The notes below the pieces were generated by a model that was given only the letters and a program-made list of their open reading frames with translations, made no database searches and was not told where the DNA came from. The translations under genes and the position numbers were made by a program. Positions 61,158-64,000 of a stretch of DNA of 64,000 bases are shown here, piece after piece. The DNA is taken from positions 4,253 to 68,252 of the forward strand of contig CAYIGD010000002.1 in the NCBI GenBank assembly GCA_964362865.1. The letters are read 5' to 3'. Within the stretch, counting starts at the first letter, position 1; every line of letters starts with the position of its first letter. This DNA comes from an uncultured Candidatus Saccharibacteria bacterium (GTDB lineage Bacteria > Patescibacteriota > UBA1384 > JAGVHQ01).

Positions 61158-61396
61158 TTTTTTTCAGGTTGCTTTGTATTTTTCTCAACTGCCTGGTTTA
61201 TTTCCTCTAACATTTCGTCTACCTCTTGGTCGCTCATCCCGTGCAGTTTGGCCCCGTTTTCCACGCTATCAAACCGATTCGCAAAACAACCCACACAATG
61301 CAGGCCATATTCCAGCATTACTTTTGCGGCCTCGGGGTGTTTGGCGGCCAGCTCCCCCAGATTTTGCTCCCGTTTAATCTCTAGCATCTCTATCAC
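61154..61396 (-). CDS. DUF1858 / hybrid-cluster-associated redox disulfide domain protein (start may be 61387)
   Basis: HPE..VMLEYGLHCVGC.....SVE.GA.LHG. Confidence 0.85.
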   Translation of the reverse strand: MIEMLEIKREQNLGELAAKHPEAAKVMLEYGLHCVGCFANRFDSVENGAKLHGMSDQEVDEMLEEINQAVEKNTKQPEKK

Positions 61397-61522
61397 AACT
61401 CTACCTTAAAATAAGGCAAGTAGCCAATCAAAGCAGCGTCATACGAACCTAGAGATTCCTCAATAACTAACCATGGGATATACTGAAAAAGATTTCCAAC
61501 GACCTTTGATAAGGGGTGAGAA

Positions 61523-62455
61523 ATGTCGACATTGGTTTCCGATATTGGACGGGGGATATTCGGCGGTCAAATGTCGATATTCCTGTATGTGAAAAAGGGG
61601 GGGCGGCTCACTTTTTCGGTAGTTCGCTACCTAGGATTCATCGGTGTGCACCTACCGATGCTCTATGCCCTACTCTGGGTGCTCGACCGTGGCGGGTTAG
61701 AACGCAACCTAGGGGCTGCCTGGTGGGCAATGCTGTTCACCTTTATTGGGATGCGAGTGGGGATGTCACTTGCGGAGTACTTGTTCCACCGGGACATTCT
61801 CCACGCGGCTCCCTGGCCGTGGGTCAACCGCTTTTATAGAGCGCATGAACTCCATCATGCGCTCACGCCGGCCAAGGCCTACGCCATTGAGAAAGAAGAA
61901 CAACTCGAGGCGGCCGTGTTTCCCGCCTACACGCTCCTCGCGTTTTGGGCTGTGTTCAGTTGCCTGATTGTGCCAGGGCAACTGTTAATCCCTCAGGTCC
62001 CCATCTATCTCGGCGGATATATGGCGATCGTTTCGGCGCTGGTTGACTATGAGATCATGCACGCCGCCTTCCATCGGCCCTATGCGTGGTGGCAGCGGTA
62101 CCTGGAGCATTCCCTGCCCTGGGTGCGTTGGATGGCTGACCGAGCATACAAGTACCACCTCATGCACCATGAGTGCAATACGTGCAATGAAGCCATTGCC
62201 GGATGCGGCTATTACGCGGTCTGGGACAAGTGGTTCAAAACACTCAAGATGCCAAAACACCCGCTTGTGGAGGGCACACTCGATCCGCGCGAAGATCTCG
62301 AGGCGCCGATTGCCTCGAGATTTATCCGCAGGCTTGATTGTGCGGTAGCAATTCATCAAGCGATATGGAAGTTGGAAGAAAGTACGGGACAAAAGCTAAC
62401 CCGTGAGGAAAAAAGCAAAATTGTCGCACAAAAAAGAGTTCGCTGCGCGTTGTAG
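61523..62455 (+). CDS. Fatty-acid hydroxylase / sterol desaturase superfamily membrane di-iron enzyme
   Basis: TM helices; His boxes EYLFHRDILH, HELHH, YEIMHAAFH, YHLMHH; N...WDKWFKT; SD AAGGGGTGA. Confidence 0.85.
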   Translation: MSTLVSDIGRGIFGGQMSIFLYVKKGGRLTFSVVRYLGFIGVHLPMLYALLWVLDRGGLERNLGAAWWAMLFTFIGMRVGMSLAEYLFHRDILHAAPWPWVNRFYRAHELHHALTPAKAYAIEKEEQLEAAVFPAYTLLAFWAVFSCLIVPGQLLIPQVPIYLGGYMAIVSALVDYEIMHAAFHRPYAWWQRYLEHSLPWVRWMADRAYKYHLMHHECNTCNEAIAGCGYYAVWDKWFKTLKMPKHPLVEGTLDPREDLEAPIASRFIRRLDCAVAIHQAIWKLEESTGQKLTREEKSKIVAQKRVRCAL

Positions 62456-62471
62456 TGAGAAAGGGGTGTCG

Positions 62472-62503
62472 CGGCCGGGGCAGAGTGCCCCGGCCGTTTT
62501 TTT
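62472..62503 (+). terminator. Intrinsic terminator of the hydroxylase gene
   Basis: CGGCCGGGGCA-GAG-TGCCCCGGCCG followed by T7. Confidence 0.88.
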
Positions 62504-62508
62504 ATTTG

Positions 62509-62751
62509 TTACGGATAGATCTGTTTACCGCTTTTATCTTTGAGGATAATCGCGTTCACCGGGCAGGATTGAGCTGCGTCGCGAATGGTTTTGGAATCCG
62601 CTCCATTTGGGTTTTTGACAATCGCAATTCCTTCACTGTCGAGCTCAAAAACGTCGGGCGCGATCGCCACACAACTGGCAGAGCCAATGCACAGCTTTCG
62701 ATCAACCTCAACCGAGCCGATTTCTTCAGAGTTCGCGCTGGGATCTGCCAT
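62509..62751 (-). CDS. Monocluster ferredoxin
   Basis: VDRKLCIGSASC..IAPDVF...AAQSCPVNAI. Confidence 0.92.
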   Translation of the reverse strand: MADPSANSEEIGSVEVDRKLCIGSASCVAIAPDVFELDSEGIAIVKNPNGADSKTIRDAAQSCPVNAIILKDKSGKQIYP

Positions 62752-63153
62752 CTAATCCTCGACGTTCACTGTGCCAATCGCCGACGGATTTAAGTGGTTA
62801 TGGTATCCGAACGAACCGACCTTGTCAAAGGTAAAAGAATAGGTAGCACCCGCTTGAAGTTCATCCGATTCAAATCCGCTCAATCCCGTATGAGCGGGGT
62901 GGGGGTTAGAGGCAACCTGCACCGTGCCGCCGTTGACGGTCCAGGTAACGGTTGTTTCCCTTTTCACGATAATGGTCGCAGGGTTAAAATTGTTGGATGT
63001 CGCACTCACTTCGTTTACAAATGCGTTTGGCTCTTGTTGTTCCTCGGTAGTAACTGGCCCCTCTAAAGTAGGATTACTGCGATTTTTGGCAAAAAACCAA
63101 ATCCCGACGGCCACAACAAGCACGATCACGATCACAAGCCATATTTTAGACAC
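62752..63153 (-). CDS. Membrane-anchored cupredoxin-fold protein (atypical metal site)
   Basis: N-terminal TM; FNPATIIVK..TTVTW, YSFTFDKVGSFGYHNHLNP..GTVNV. Confidence 0.82.
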   Translation of the reverse strand: MSKIWLVIVIVLVVAVGIWFFAKNRSNPTLEGPVTTEEQQEPNAFVNEVSATSNNFNPATIIVKRETTVTWTVNGGTVQVASNPHPAHTGLSGFESDELQAGATYSFTFDKVGSFGYHNHLNPSAIGTVNVED

Positions 63154-63162
63154 TTTGACCTC

Positions 63163-63999
63163 CTAATGTACTTTGACTATAACAGAACGGTTTGGAATTT
63201 TGCGCAGAAGCCCTGCGGTTGATCCGACGTGGCGGACAACACTGGCGGAATTGAGGGTTGCCTTGCGTAGGGCATTGCGCGGGTCTTCTTGGGTAAGCAG
63301 CGTAGCGAAAAACGTAGACGCGAACGCGTCTCCGGCACCCGTGGAATCCACCATCGGGACGCGGGGAGCTACAGCTTCGAGCGTGAGCCCGTCGAACAAG
63401 AGCAGTGAACCATATTTTCCCTTGGTAATGACGCAATACGGCGTGCTAAGATCGCGGAAAAACTGCTCTGCTTGGCGCAAAGTTTCCTCACCGCTCACGC
63501 GTGCTGCTTCGGATTCGTTCAAAATTAAGACATCAACAAGTTCGGCGTTCGCTTGAAATCGGCGTTGATCGGCAAAGTCAAGCGCCCCGGGCGTCCAGCA
63601 GATCTTCATTCTGTGCCCTCGCGCGCTTTTGAAGATTCGGTATGTTTGCGTCGGCGCAAGATGATGCGCGCTGTAGTAGAGTGCCGTGCCATTGTGCAAA
63701 CGCACCAGCATATCCTGAGCACTCAGCGCATGCGAGCCGACATCATAGGTAAAGATCGTGCGCTCTCCTGATTTAGTGAGGATGATGAACGATTCCCCAG
63801 TCGGCTGGTGGGAAACTTCTGCGAGAGACCGGATCCTTTCTTTGTGGCAGTGGGCCAACACATCCACCCGTGCGTGATCTTCGCCTACCGTGGAAATCAG
63901 GTAGGGCGTATGGCCGAGACGCGCAAAACAGGTCGCGGCATTCAGCGCTCCGCCCCCGACCGTGCGGGTAACACGGGTAAGGTCAATTTTTGCCCCGAG
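63163..63999 (-). CDS. PfkB family carbohydrate kinase (5' end beyond the window)
   Basis: Frame open to the window edge; GGGALNAA, NESEA and DSTGAGDAF signatures. Confidence 0.9.
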   Translation of the reverse strand, partial: LGAKIDLTRVTRTVGGGALNAATCFARLGHTPYLISTVGEDHARVDVLAHCHKERIRSLAEVSHQPTGESFIILTKSGERTIFTYDVGSHALSAQDMLVRLHNGTALYYSAHHLAPTQTYRIFKSARGHRMKICWTPGALDFADQRRFQANAELVDVLILNESEAARVSGEETLRQAEQFFRDLSTPYCVITKGKYGSLLLFDGLTLEAVAPRVPMVDSTGAGDAFASTFFATLLTQEDPRNALRKATLNSASVVRHVGSTAGLLRKIPNRSVIVKVH

Positions 64000-64000
64000 C

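Noticed and set aside
63121-63135. CACGAT tandem repeat
   Set aside because: Simply encodes VIVIV in the TM helix
1-64000. TGA reassignment (code 25, as in Gracilibacteria/Absconditabacteria)
   Set aside because: Conserved genes are full length under code 11 and many end in TGA within ATGA overlaps

Overview
This is a 64 kb core-genome window from a small-genome bacterium, most likely Patescibacteria/CPR. Supporting signs: L30 is absent between rpsE and rplO, rpmF-nusB-rnc is present without plsX/fab genes, genes are packed with overlapping start/stop codons, and there are PaaX-like, DUF4012 and lone pilin genes. Genetic code 11 is used. The + strand (1-6860) carries a Gly-rich surface protein, a YbhB/PEBP protein, a pilin, leuS, rpmF, nusB and rnc. 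From 6857 to 61396 every credible gene is on the - strand: a DUF1858-sufCBDSU-ydcF operon, a small strongly signalled 67-aa gene, a 4-gene surface-glycan module, gyrBA, infB-cdaA-cdaR, a LysM/M23 peptidase, obgE, the fused rpoBC-str-S10-spc-alpha-rplM/rpsI cluster, rbfA, pheST, a D,D-carboxypeptidase and a PaaX-like regulator. At the right end a His-box di-iron lipid hydroxylase/desaturase lies between the SUF operon and a PfkB-cupredoxin-ferredoxin unit. Main unusual observations: (1) that lipid-hydroxylase/ferredoxin/atypical-cupredoxin/SUF neighbourhood; (2) RpoA lacking its alpha-CTD; (3) several near-consensus leaderless promoters, including infB and rbfA; (4) an S10 operon split after rpsJ, with a structured rplC leader; (5) a palindromic operator over the PaaX-like promoter; (6) rifampicin- and quinolone-pocket substitutions; (7) an AT-rich segment inside leuS. 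No tRNA, rRNA, CRISPR array or mobile element was seen. All calls come from motif recognition by eye; no database search was run.
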